Below, piece after piece: positions 9,642 through 18,700 of a DNA stretch of 59,581 bases. The notes beneath the pieces were generated by a model. It did no database searches. It worked only from the letters and a program-made list of their open reading frames with translations, and was not told the DNA's origin. Numbering within the stretch: the first letter of the stretch is position 1; each line of letters begins with the position of its first letter. The stretch spans positions 1 through 59,581 of IMG/VR virus record IMGVR_UViG_3300031578_000032. One strand, 5' to 3'. Origin of the DNA: a virus. Its lineage: Duplodnaviria; Caudoviricetes. The translations under genes and the position numbers were made by a program.

Positions 9642-11936
9642 TTAAGAGTAATTTTGCTCGGCTGTTTCTCCATACATAGCTGTTCCGTCACATAAAAATG
9701 TAATTATATCAGTTCCGCTAGTTGTTATTGTTGGAGGAGTTCCACCTGGCCATTTAAAATCGCTGCTATATGATAGTGTATATGAACTAGGGTTTATTAT
9801 TTTTATTGTATAAAAGGCTAATCCATTTGGCATATTAGAAACTCGAAGTTCAGTATTATCGGTCAGTGTTGCTGTTATTATCTGATGTTCTTCTATATCC
9901 CATGATATGACAGCTGAACCATCAATAATTCCTGATGAAATACTTGTAGAATCATAATACTGGGCTTTTTCCCATTGGTTAGATGTTAAAAGCAACGAAC
10001 TTACGTCTCCAGAAGTCCCACTACTACCCGAACTACCATCTGTACCAGAGGTTCCATCAACACCCGAAGTACCGTCAGTTCCGCTCGTTCCATTGGTACC
10101 TGATGTTCCAGAACTACCTGATGAACCACTACTTCCAGATTCCATCCATATTTGCCAATATAATGACCAGTTAACTCCAGTTCCAGGATCATTATCTATA
10201 GCTGGAACATGATCTTGAATACATAAGTAAATTACTCTATTATCTTCAACCACATCATTGATAACATAACCAGTAGAGTCTATTGACCATGATCCTTGAC
10301 TATAAAATCCATCTCCTGATGTACCAGAACTTCCAGAACTTCCACTTGACCCTGATGTTCCTGATGTTCCACTTTCTGCTAATAAATTCCAATAGGTTTC
10401 CCAAGAAGCTCCTACACCAGGTTCATTTGTAGAATCAGCATTATTAAACAGAATACACATATAAGAGGCATTATTATTTATTACTACATCATTAACATAA
10501 TAATCTTCAGTTGAATCCCAACTTCCTAGATAAGCAAAACCAGTTCCTGAACTACCTGCTGTACCACTAGTTCCATCTGTTCCTGATGTACCATCACTTC
10601 CACTAGTTCCTGATGAACCATCACTACCTGAGCTACCTGATGAACCAGAAGTTCCGTTAGTACCTGATGTACCTCCTGTTCCTGATGACCCAGAAGTTCC
10701 TGATGTTCCATTTGTACCTGACGATCCGCTGGATCCTGATGTTCCATTTGTTCCACCTGCAGCAAATAACTCCCAATAGGTAGTCCAACTAACTCCTACA
10801 CCAGGTTCGTTTGTAGTATCAGCGGTATTAAATAATGTACAAACATAATTGTTATTATTATTAATAACTACATTTTGAACATAATAATCTTCAGTTGAAT
10901 CCCAACTTCCTAAATATTCAAAACCGCTTCCTGATGTACCAGAAGATCCTGAACTTCCATCAGTACCTGCGATTCCTGTAAAAGTTCCAAAATCTGACCA
11001 CAGTCCTGTTGAACCATTGTAGATAATAATATGCCCGTCAAGAGTAGCAGAAGTATCAATATCAGCAGGAGCTCCCTTATCTGCTCTAATATCATTTATA
11101 ATTACAAATGTCCATGTTAATACACTTGTTCCATCAATAGCAGCTTCAATCTCGGTAACTTTTGCTTCATCAAAATCTCCATATTCATCAACTTGAAAAC
11201 TAGATCCACTAGATCCACTAGATCCTGATGTACCATGAGAACCTGACCATCCTGAAGAACCAGAACTTCCGCTTGAACCAGATGTTCCATTTGTTCCTTG
11301 AACACCATCTATTCCGCTTGTTCCATCAGTACCATCAACACCTGATGTTCCTGAACTACCTGATGTTCCGGTAGATGAAAACAATTCCCAATAAGTTTCC
11401 CAATCTACACCATCACCAGGTTTATTTGTACTACTAGATATATGATCTAAAATACATATATAATTATTTAAATTAGTTGCGTCAGCAACAACAACTTCAG
11501 TTGCTATATACGCAGAACTATCTTGCCAATATCCTTGATACACAAAACCAGCACCACTGCTACCTGAACTACCAGCTGTTCCACTACTACCTGATGTCCC
11601 GTGTGTTCCGCTAGTACCATCAGTACCAGATATTCCACTACTACCCGAACTACCATCTGTTCCACTAGTGCCTGAACTCCCGCTGCTACCTGATGTTCCA
11701 CTAGTTCCTGATGTTCCACTAACATCAACGAAAGCAGAACCATCCCATACTGTTACAGCAGTGAACTTACCAGTAGATGGTGTAGTTTCCCCTATTGGAC
11801 CGGGAGAATACATTAATAGTTGTTTTGTAAAGTTTTTAGTCTCATTCCCACTAACATCCACACCGACTCCCAGATCATTTGCATCTAATTGCCCTATGAA
11901 TGGATTGAGACCACTTATAGTTTTGTCTTCAGCCAT
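9642..11936 (-). CDS. Gly-X-Y (GTS/GSS) repeat virion fibre-like protein with four Trp/Tyr-rich (CBM5/12-like) modules
   Basis: Proline-free GTSGSSG tracts; 4x Y.G.W...Y...VV...Y.C...N.PG.G..W..YW; N-term AEDKTISGL; C-term KWPGGTPPTITTSGTDIITF typical of fibre ends. Confidence 0.7.
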   Translation of the reverse strand: MAEDKTISGLNPFIGQLDANDLGVGVDVSGNETKNFTKQLLMYSPGPIGETTPSTGKFTAVTVWDGSAFVDVSGTSGTSGTSGSSGSSGTSGTDGSSGSSGISGTDGTSGTHGTSGSSGTAGSSGSSGAGFVYQGYWQDSSAYIATEVVVADATNLNNYICILDHISSSTNKPGDGVDWETYWELFSSTGTSGSSGTSGVDGTDGTSGIDGVQGTNGTSGSSGSSGSSGWSGSHGTSGSSGSSGSSFQVDEYGDFDEAKVTEIEAAIDGTSVLTWTFVIINDIRADKGAPADIDTSATLDGHIIIYNGSTGLWSDFGTFTGIAGTDGSSGSSGTSGSGFEYLGSWDSTEDYYVQNVVINNNNNYVCTLFNTADTTNEPGVGVSWTTYWELFAAGGTNGTSGSSGSSGTNGTSGTSGSSGTGGTSGTNGTSGSSGSSGSDGSSGTSGSDGTSGTDGTSGTAGSSGTGFAYLGSWDSTEDYYVNDVVINNNASYMCILFNNADSTNEPGVGASWETYWNLLAESGTSGTSGSSGSSGSSGTSGDGFYSQGSWSIDSTGYVINDVVEDNRVIYLCIQDHVPAIDNDPGTGVNWSLYWQIWMESGSSGSSGSSGTSGTNGTSGTDGTSGVDGTSGTDGSSGSSGTSGDVSSLLLTSNQWEKAQYYDSTSISSGIIDGSAVISWDIEEHQIITATLTDNTELRVSNMPNGLAFYTIKIINPSSYTLSYSSDFKWPGGTPPTITTSGTDIITFLCDGTAMYGETAEQNYS

Positions 11937-11950
11937 ATAATTTTATCCTA

Positions 11951-12247
11951 TTACTCAAATAATTTTTGTGTACCACTAAGGATTGAGTTTTCATATAAAT
12001 TAGTTAACTTGCTACCAAGTAACCTTTGTGAATTTTTGCCTGTATAAACTCTAAGAGCAGATTCCATAATTTTAACCTTTTCAATAAATTGATATATGGA
12101 ATTTATAATTTGTAGTTCCGCTTGTGACGGGTCATTTTTAGTTTCAAGGTAATCTAATAATACAGTCAATGATTCAAAGGTTATTTTAAATTCTTTTTCA
12201 TGCAACTCATTTAAAAGATTAACTACTAATTGGTTTGGTTTTGACAT
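11951..12247 (-). CDS. hypothetical protein
   Basis: 98 aa ORF, GGAG RBS, co-directional with neighbours. Confidence 0.6.
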   Translation of the reverse strand: MSKPNQLVVNLLNELHEKEFKITFESLTVLLDYLETKNDPSQAELQIINSIYQFIEKVKIMESALRVYTGKNSQRLLGSKLTNLYENSILSGTQKLFE

Positions 12248-12276
12248 ATCTTGCTCTCCATAAGTTTATAAATATT

Positions 12277-13476
12277 TTAACCAGTTACAATAACATTCAA
12301 TGTTACAGTATTTACAGGCATCCAAATTCTAATAGTATTTAATGCAGTTCTATCTATTAACATCGCATCTATCAATTCGCCCGTTGCATTGTCCCAACAT
12401 TGAACAGCAAAGGCATCAGATATAAGTGCTGGTGAAAGAACTGATATATCAACATCTTGATAATAGTCACTTCCTGATAGATTCCAAGCACTTAATTGAC
12501 TTTTAACATTACCAGACACTGAAGCAGATGGGAAAAATAAAATAGAAACAGTTCCAGTTCCAGTGGTTAAAGCAACACCGACCTGTTGATTAGTTTTTAC
12601 ATTTGTAGCTGTACCAGCTTCTGAACTTGAAAGATAAACAAAATCTCCAGCATTTACAGTTACAGCTGCCTGAACTCTAACAGTTAAGGCTCCTGCCCAC
12701 CTTCCCTTTGGATTTGTTCCTACCTCTGTTACTACTGCTTGAGCAAATGTAATTTCTGATGAAGCAATAGCTGTCACCCATGTTGTTCCATCATAATATA
12801 CTAATGAATTTAAAGCAGCTGAGGTAACCATATTAATTCTTGTACCCATTCTGTCTAGTCTTTCCCAAGAATTTAAGATTCCAAAGTAATACATATCATC
12901 ATCTCGTACATGAATAATTCTTCCCTGATCTCTAGTTGCAGAAAATGTTGGAAGAGTATGTTCAACCGACGCCCAAGTACTTGTATTTTGTCTATAAATT
13001 GTAGGAGTACCTGGATCATAATCATATAAAGTACCTATTGCCCACGGACCAGTTGTAGCTGAAACTGCTTTTAAGAAAACATGATTAGCTCCATATGCGC
13101 CTGGAAGTAGACTAGGTGGGATTATTTTTATACTTGCTTGAGGTGCTGGTCTTGATTTAACAAATTCATATTCCAAAACTATGTAATAATAACCAGGTTC
13201 TTTAATGATTGAGCCTCCAAAGTAATGGAGGGCATTATCAAAATCAACTTGATGTTGTGCTGTAATCTGGATCCATATATCATCCTTGAAACATGAACCT
13301 ACTGTTACATTAACATAATTATTTGGTGAAGTTGAATCTGCTATTACATCCATACCTCGTGGGGAAAATAAAAGATCTTCTCCCTGAGTTAGCATTCTTG
13401 TTAATCTGTTAACTATATCACTATTGTATGAAGCAAATGGGTCGACCGCCCGTGTTTGTGTTGGGTATTGAGACAT
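12277..13476 (-). CDS. putative virion structural (tail/fibre-associated) protein
   Basis: T/V/G/S-rich, beta-prone; GDFVYLSSSEAGTAT...QQVGVA motif common in phage virion proteins; AAGGAG RBS. Confidence 0.55.
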   Translation of the reverse strand: MSQYPTQTRAVDPFASYNSDIVNRLTRMLTQGEDLLFSPRGMDVIADSTSPNNYVNVTVGSCFKDDIWIQITAQHQVDFDNALHYFGGSIIKEPGYYYIVLEYEFVKSRPAPQASIKIIPPSLLPGAYGANHVFLKAVSATTGPWAIGTLYDYDPGTPTIYRQNTSTWASVEHTLPTFSATRDQGRIIHVRDDDMYYFGILNSWERLDRMGTRINMVTSAALNSLVYYDGTTWVTAIASSEITFAQAVVTEVGTNPKGRWAGALTVRVQAAVTVNAGDFVYLSSSEAGTATNVKTNQQVGVALTTGTGTVSILFFPSASVSGNVKSQLSAWNLSGSDYYQDVDISVLSPALISDAFAVQCWDNATGELIDAMLIDRTALNTIRIWMPVNTVTLNVIVTG

Positions 13477-13559
13477 TTATTTTCTCCTTAAAAATAATAC
13501 TAACGGCAAATCTTTTACATTTATTTTTATCCTTATTTCTATAGGGATAGAAAAAAATA

Positions 13560-13574
13560 CTATATATATTAATT
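13560..13574 (+). promoter_or_regulatory. recurring motif B, CTATATATATTAAT (copy 1)
   Basis: Identical 14-mer at 13560, 32633 and 56368, all intergenic. Confidence 0.5.
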
Positions 13575-13617
13575 AATGAAAAGGTATATTTATATTTTAT
13601 TATTTGAAGGGTAAGTA

Positions 13618-13646
13618 AGGGTGTTATATATATTTTATAACACCCT
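13618..13646. terminator. perfect 11-bp inverted repeat
   Basis: AGGGTGTTATA-N7-TATAACACCCT, intergenic. Confidence 0.5.
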
Positions 13647-13735
13647 CATAACATTTTTGGTAACTAGTGAAAATAACTTTAATAAGTATTTGATTTATAT
13701 TTTGTTCTATACTTACTACCGTATTAGTTTCTATT

Positions 13736-14407
13736 TTACAGTTGAATGCACCTTTCAATTTTTTTTAATGATGGTGCATTACCTTTAATTTTTATAACCT
13801 TCCATCCACCCGATTTTAATTTCTCTTCTCTTAAAGGATCAATAAAAACATCTTGATTATGCCAGAATGTATCAGGAAATTCAATATTGATTTTTAAAAC
13901 TGGATCAGCGAAGTCTGATATATAACGAAACTTCGTTAACCCCCCCAAGGTCTTTTCTTCAATGAAATAATTTTGTCTGATATTGTGGAAGTACATTGAT
14001 AAATGATTAAAAATTCTTTTTTTCATGCTAGCAACAGGATCTAAAGGAGAATTATCATTTTCATTAACGCCTAATTCTTTAATGATAATAACTTCTTTAT
14101 CGACAACTTCTTCATCACCTATGATACTTTCATCAGTTAAAGTATAGCTATCTTGTTCCACTGGTTCACTAGTTTTAAACATATCTTTATGACGACCATA
14201 TAAACTTTTTATAGCAAATTCTTCATTGGCTAAGGGTGCATCCGGGAATCTTAATTTGTATTCACCATGTGTTACGCTGTGTTTTTTAAGATGTCTTGGG
14301 GATATTATGGCGAATGATTTACCACAGATTTGACAATTAACCTTTCCTGTTTTTTCTTCATAATACGGGTATGGATATGGGTATTCATGTTCAGTGTTTA
14401 TAATCAT
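13736..14407 (-). CDS. zinc-finger plus DUF559/Vsr-like endonuclease domain protein
   Basis: CQICGK...HLKKH; C-terminal SDFADPVLKINIEFPDTFWH...LKSGGWKVIKI. Confidence 0.6.
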   Translation of the reverse strand: MIINTEHEYPYPYPYYEEKTGKVNCQICGKSFAIISPRHLKKHSVTHGEYKLRFPDAPLANEEFAIKSLYGRHKDMFKTSEPVEQDSYTLTDESIIGDEEVVDKEVIIIKELGVNENDNSPLDPVASMKKRIFNHLSMYFHNIRQNYFIEEKTLGGLTKFRYISDFADPVLKINIEFPDTFWHNQDVFIDPLREEKLKSGGWKVIKIKGNAPSLKKIERCIQL

Positions 14408-14430
14408 AGAATTCTCCTTTTCAACCTATA

Positions 14431-14448
14431 ATTTTAATTTTGTTCTAA
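14431..14448 (-). promoter_or_regulatory. recurring motif A, TAGAACAAAATTAAAA (putative phage promoter)
   Basis: About 25 nt upstream of the 14407 start; similar motifs upstream of 37922, 45314, 49040, 56316 and at 13694-13710. Confidence 0.6.
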
Positions 14449-14465
14449 AAAAGGATTAAGATCTA

Positions 14466-14864
14466 ATGAAAATTCCAACTTTAAAAATCGACAAATCTTT
14501 ACCTCACCATTACCTCTTTAGTGTAGCAATTCATACTATGAAAAGTAAAAATGCAGGGCAGATGTTTTTAAAACACGGTCCAATTTATTATACCAATGAT
14601 GATGTTGTTAGAATGTCGAATGTCATTTCAAGATGTACAGATAAGGTATATGAACAAACACAAATGGAAGCAGCAGAAGCTGAAGGTTGTACTCAACTTA
14701 TATCTTCAATAGCAGGTATGAGATTATCAGCTAATGCAAACAGTTGTACTATACATCATTTTTCATCAGCTATAAAATTTGGTGACGATGATCTTGTGTT
14801 ATTAGTTAAGTTAGCAAATACAGATAAATCTTCTAAAAAAAAATTAATGGAGGCAAAAATATGA
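14466..14864 (+). CDS. hypothetical protein
   Basis: 132 aa, first gene of the plus-strand block, ATGA overlap with next gene. Confidence 0.6.
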   Translation: MKIPTLKIDKSLPHHYLFSVAIHTMKSKNAGQMFLKHGPIYYTNDDVVRMSNVISRCTDKVYEQTQMEAAEAEGCTQLISSIAGMRLSANANSCTIHHFSSAIKFGDDDLVLLVKLANTDKSSKKKLMEAKI

Positions 14865-15319
14865 TTAATTCGTTTAAAAATCAACATAAATTTCTTTCAA
14901 ACTTTTATCAAGTTTCAATAAATTTTGAAGGAATTATATATCCAACAGTTGAACATGTATACCAAGCAGCAAAATCATTTGATACTATATATAGAGATAA
15001 GATATCAAGCATTCCGTGGTATAAACCTGGAACAGCTAAAATGTATGGGAACAAGGTTAAGATTCGACCAGATTGGGAAAAAGTTAAAGTAGATATTATG
15101 AAAAAGTTATTGTATAAAAAATTCATGTATCCAGATTTAAGTAACTTATTATTACAGACAGAGGATGATTATCTTGAAGAAGGTAATTTCTGGCATGACA
15201 ATTTCTGGGGAAATTGTAGATGTAAAAAATGCAAAGATATACCCGGTCAAAACATGTTAGGTAAATTATTAATGGATGTACGAGAAGAATTGAAGGAGGA
15301 TACAAATGGTAAAGATTGA
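14861..15319 (+). CDS. NADAR (YbiA-like) family protein
   Basis: FLSNFY, YPTVEHVYQAAK, RPDWEKVK, KKF, LEEGNFWHDNFWG, GQNMLGKLLMDVR. Confidence 0.92.
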   Translation: MINSFKNQHKFLSNFYQVSINFEGIIYPTVEHVYQAAKSFDTIYRDKISSIPWYKPGTAKMYGNKVKIRPDWEKVKVDIMKKLLYKKFMYPDLSNLLLQTEDDYLEEGNFWHDNFWGNCRCKKCKDIPGQNMLGKLLMDVREELKEDTNGKD

Positions 15320-16040
15320 AGTCCTCGGAGTGGGTAATTTGTTCACTCCACAAATAACAAACACCTCTTTTTTATTATCACCTGATATTGGTGGAGATGA
15401 AAAATTTCTTATTGATTGTGGTTATAACGTTTTTCAAAAATTAATTTCTGGTGGTTATGATATTGGAAACATAAAAACTGTAATCATTACTCATACTCAT
15501 CCAGATCATGTTGGTAGTTTGGGAGCATTAATTTATTACAGATGGTTTGTATTTAACAGACATACAACTATTATATGTGGAAATAAAGTTGGTAAATATC
15601 TAAAGGCATATTTAGAGTCAACAGTATTTTATGTTCTTAAACCAGGAGAGATTAGATTGGATAAATATATAGAATGCCCATATTCTCTTGTATCTAATGG
15701 TATACCCACTGGACTTATAACTATGTTTGAAGTTCAACATGGTGATATACCAGCATACGGAGTTTATTTACATAAAGATAAAATAGTTTTTACCGGCGAT
15801 ACAGATCTTTTAAACCCATTATCTACTATGATGTCTAGTGCTGAAATAATATTCCATGATTGTTTAATAGGCCATTTTGCAAGGGGTATTCATTCAAACA
15901 TGGGAGATATGGAAGTAACTTATCCTAAAATAATCAGGGAGAAGATTCAGTTGGTTCATTATGGAAAGAAACTTACACAGAAATTTCTTGATAATGATAT
16001 GACTATTTGTCATGAGGGATCTACTTATACTGTTAAATAA
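15306..16040 (+). CDS. MBL-fold metallo-hydrolase, Apyc1-like cyclic nucleotide phosphodiesterase
   Basis: LGVGNLF..NTS, LIDCG, THTHPDH, FTGDT, IFHDC, IHS, LVHYG. Confidence 0.75.
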   Translation: MVKIEVLGVGNLFTPQITNTSFLLSPDIGGDEKFLIDCGYNVFQKLISGGYDIGNIKTVIITHTHPDHVGSLGALIYYRWFVFNRHTTIICGNKVGKYLKAYLESTVFYVLKPGEIRLDKYIECPYSLVSNGIPTGLITMFEVQHGDIPAYGVYLHKDKIVFTGDTDLLNPLSTMMSSAEIIFHDCLIGHFARGIHSNMGDMEVTYPKIIREKIQLVHYGKKLTQKFLDNDMTICHEGSTYTVK

Positions 16041-16050
16041 AGGGGAATTT

Positions 16051-16440
16051 ATGAAGACAGGAGTTTATAGAGCATATTTTGATGGTTCTGCTTCCCCAAA
16101 CCCAGGTGAAATAACCATTGGAGGTTGTATCAAAAATGGAAATGAAAACATATTTAAATTTTCAAAAAACATGGGGCATGGAACTAACAGTGAAGCTGAA
16201 TATTTGGCTCTTATAGAAGTTTTAGGAAAAATTGTATCTCTAAAAATTGAGAAAGTTGAAGTGTTTGGAGATTCACAATTAATCGTACGTCAAATGAATG
16301 GAGTTTATAGAATTAAACAAGACAATATGAAGAATTTATCTAAACAAGCAAAAGATCTTTTGACTCATATTCCAGAGTGTGAACTATCATGGATTAAGAG
16401 ATCAAAAAATGCAGAAGCTGATTCGTTATCAAAGGGGTAA
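16051..16440 (+). CDS. rnhA: ribonuclease HI-like protein
   Basis: YFDGSASPNPG, TNSEAEYLAL, GDSQLIVRQM, WIKRSKNAEAD; GGGGA RBS before ATG 16051. Confidence 0.88.
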   Translation: MKTGVYRAYFDGSASPNPGEITIGGCIKNGNENIFKFSKNMGHGTNSEAEYLALIEVLGKIVSLKIEKVEVFGDSQLIVRQMNGVYRIKQDNMKNLSKQAKDLLTHIPECELSWIKRSKNAEADSLSKG

Positions 16441-16445
16441 TAATT

Positions 16446-16883
16446 ATGCACTACAGTAAAATTTTATCTAAAAAATATGCAATTGAAATTTGTAATTTTT
16501 TAAACAATGAAAAAATTAATGGAATAGAGTTTAATATTAATTTTAGAACTGTGGGAGATCATAAAGGTCTTTATGTTACGTTGTTTATTTTTAGAAGACA
16601 GTTTGAATTTAATATATACAATATACATCATGAAAAACACTGTTTTGGATGTGGTGCAGAATTAACGGAAGATAATTTTCTTGAAGAAATATATTTATTA
16701 ACAGGATTAGAAGTATGTAGAGTTTGTGATCATAACGGATATAATATTGATGCTGTTCATCCTATTTTTAGAAGGATTGTTAAAATTAATTGGTCCCATG
16801 ATGAAATACTTAAATTATATAATGAACTTCAACATGCTGGTTATGAAGACATAAAACTAACAATAGAAAAGGAGAAAAAATGA
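16446..16883 (+). CDS. hypothetical protein with CxxC pairs
   Basis: CFGC...CRVC. Confidence 0.5.
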   Translation: MHYSKILSKKYAIEICNFLNNEKINGIEFNINFRTVGDHKGLYVTLFIFRRQFEFNIYNIHHEKHCFGCGAELTEDNFLEEIYLLTGLEVCRVCDHNGYNIDAVHPIFRRIVKINWSHDEILKLYNELQHAGYEDIKLTIEKEKK

Positions 16884-17689
16884 AAATTGAATTACTAGTA
16901 ATTGATCCACAGAATGACTTTTGTGACCCTAAAGGGTCGTTATTTGTTTCAGGTGCAGATGCGGATATGGCACGTCTAGCAGCCATGATTGTTCGTCTTA
17001 AAGACAAACTTGATGATATCCATGTTACATTGGATAGTCATCATTTTATTGATGTTGCCCACCCAATCTTTTGGGTAGATTCACAGTCCAATCATCCAGA
17101 TCCGTTTACAATTATCTCTGCCGATGAAGTTGAAAATGGAACATGGAGAACTACAAATCCACAATTCCAGAAACGGGCAAGTGAATATGTTAAGGCTCTT
17201 GAAGCTAACAAACGATATCCCTTATGTATCTGGCCTTATCATTGCTTGATTGGCAGTTGGGGGTATGGTGTTGTTCCAGAATTGTTTGATGCTTTTGTTG
17301 AATGGGAAAAGGATTTTGCATTGGTTGATTATGTAACCAAGGGTTCTAATTTCTGGACCGAACATTATTCAGCAGTTCAAGCAGATGTTCCTGACCCAGA
17401 AGATCCAAGCACTCAACTTAATACAGGGTTAATTAAAACTCTTCAAGATGCAGATATCATTCTTCTTTCTGGAGAGGCACGTTCACATTGTCTGTCGAAT
17501 ACAGTTCGAGATATTGCTGATAATTTTGGAGAAGAGAATGTTAAAAAGATGGTTCTTTTACAGGATGCCACATCTGATGTTCCGGATCCTCCTGGTACAA
17601 CCATGTTCACAGATATGGGAGAACAGTTTGTCAGTGATATGATGGCTAGAGGTATGCAAGTATCAACAACAACAGAGTTCATGAAGTAA
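16880..17689 (+). CDS. nicotinamidase/isochorismatase-family cysteine hydrolase
   Basis: IDPQNDF, TLDSH, WPYHC, KG, GEARSHC catalytic motif. Confidence 0.9.
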   Translation: MKIELLVIDPQNDFCDPKGSLFVSGADADMARLAAMIVRLKDKLDDIHVTLDSHHFIDVAHPIFWVDSQSNHPDPFTIISADEVENGTWRTTNPQFQKRASEYVKALEANKRYPLCIWPYHCLIGSWGYGVVPELFDAFVEWEKDFALVDYVTKGSNFWTEHYSAVQADVPDPEDPSTQLNTGLIKTLQDADIILLSGEARSHCLSNTVRDIADNFGEENVKKMVLLQDATSDVPDPPGTTMFTDMGEQFVSDMMARGMQVSTTTEFMK

Positions 17690-17705
17690 AGGAGGATTAA
17701 ATAGT

Positions 17706-18464
17706 ATGCCAAAATTAATGCAAGATAATAATACGCAAGAAATGAAAATTGCTGGTCCAGGTAATTTTACATTTTCAGCAATCCGGATTGAAGATCTTGG
17801 AGCTACAGAATACACTCTGGTAACAATTGTTTGTGATGTTACTGGAAGCGTTAGAACCTTTGCAGATGAATTATTAAAGATGGTTAAAACTGTTGTCAAA
17901 GCATGTAAGAAAAATGCAAGAGCAGAAAATTTATTACTTAGATATGTTTTATTCAACAATGATATTATGGAAGTACATGGGTTTCTTCCAGTAACATCTA
18001 TTAATGAAGATGATTATGAACAACTTAGACCTGCTGGAACAACTGCATTATATGACGCAGTATTCAGTGGAATTGGTGCTACCCTTAAAATGGCAGAGAC
18101 TCTTTCAGCTCAAGACTTTGATGTAAATGGATGTGTTTATATTATCACGGATGGTGATGATAATGCATCTACTTCTTCTCCATCAATGATTAAAGATCAA
18201 AATAATAGAGCTTTAAACAAAGAAGAGATTGAATCTTTAAGGTCTGTTGTTATTGGTATTACTGATGAAAATGCTTTTGATAAAGCATATTTTGTTGGGA
18301 AACTTGAAAAACTTTGTATCGAAGCGGGTATAACCCAGTTTGTTAATGCTGGTGATGCAACGGCATCTACGTTAGCAAGACTGGGTCAACTTATTAGCCA
18401 GAGCATTAGCTCTGTCTCACAGACTTTAGGATCCGGGCAGGCAAGTCAGCCGCTTGTTTTCTAG
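17706..18464 (+). CDS. vWA domain protein (TerY-like)
   Basis: MIDAS DVTGS, GTTALYDA, IITDGDDNAS. Confidence 0.85.
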   Translation: MPKLMQDNNTQEMKIAGPGNFTFSAIRIEDLGATEYTLVTIVCDVTGSVRTFADELLKMVKTVVKACKKNARAENLLLRYVLFNNDIMEVHGFLPVTSINEDDYEQLRPAGTTALYDAVFSGIGATLKMAETLSAQDFDVNGCVYIITDGDDNASTSSPSMIKDQNNRALNKEEIESLRSVVIGITDENAFDKAYFVGKLEKLCIEAGITQFVNAGDATASTLARLGQLISQSISSVSQTLGSGQASQPLVF

Positions 18465-18485
18465 AGGTTTCATGACTACCTCCTA

Positions 18486-18515
18486 GTTGGGGTGGCTGAC
18501 AAGGTCCACCCCAAC
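18486..18515. terminator. GC-rich 10-bp hairpin after vWA gene
   Basis: GTTGGGGTGG-N10-CCACCCCAAC; no U-tract on the plus strand. Confidence 0.45.
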
Positions 18516-18700
18516 AAACAAAAGGAAAACAAAATAGAATATAAAATTATTTTTTGGGCACTCGCTATATTTATTGCTTTAAAAAGTATATCTGTAGGTA
18601 ATGAATTTAATTTATATTATTGGATTAAATATAAAAAGAAATACATTGATTGGTATTTTGGACGAGAAACTTTTAAACAGTTCTTAAGGAGAATTAAAAA

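Noticed and set aside
10080-11720. Repetitive DNA as a possible CRISPR array or DGR template/variable repeat
   Set aside because: Repeats are synonymous-variable coding triplets without repeat-spacer structure; no reverse transcriptase in the window and no adenine-specific mismatch pattern noticed
9983-11940. Alternative-frame ORFs inside the GTSG-repeat gene
   Set aside because: Shadows of low-complexity codon repeats; no RBS, and fully overlapped by a coherent 764-aa ORF
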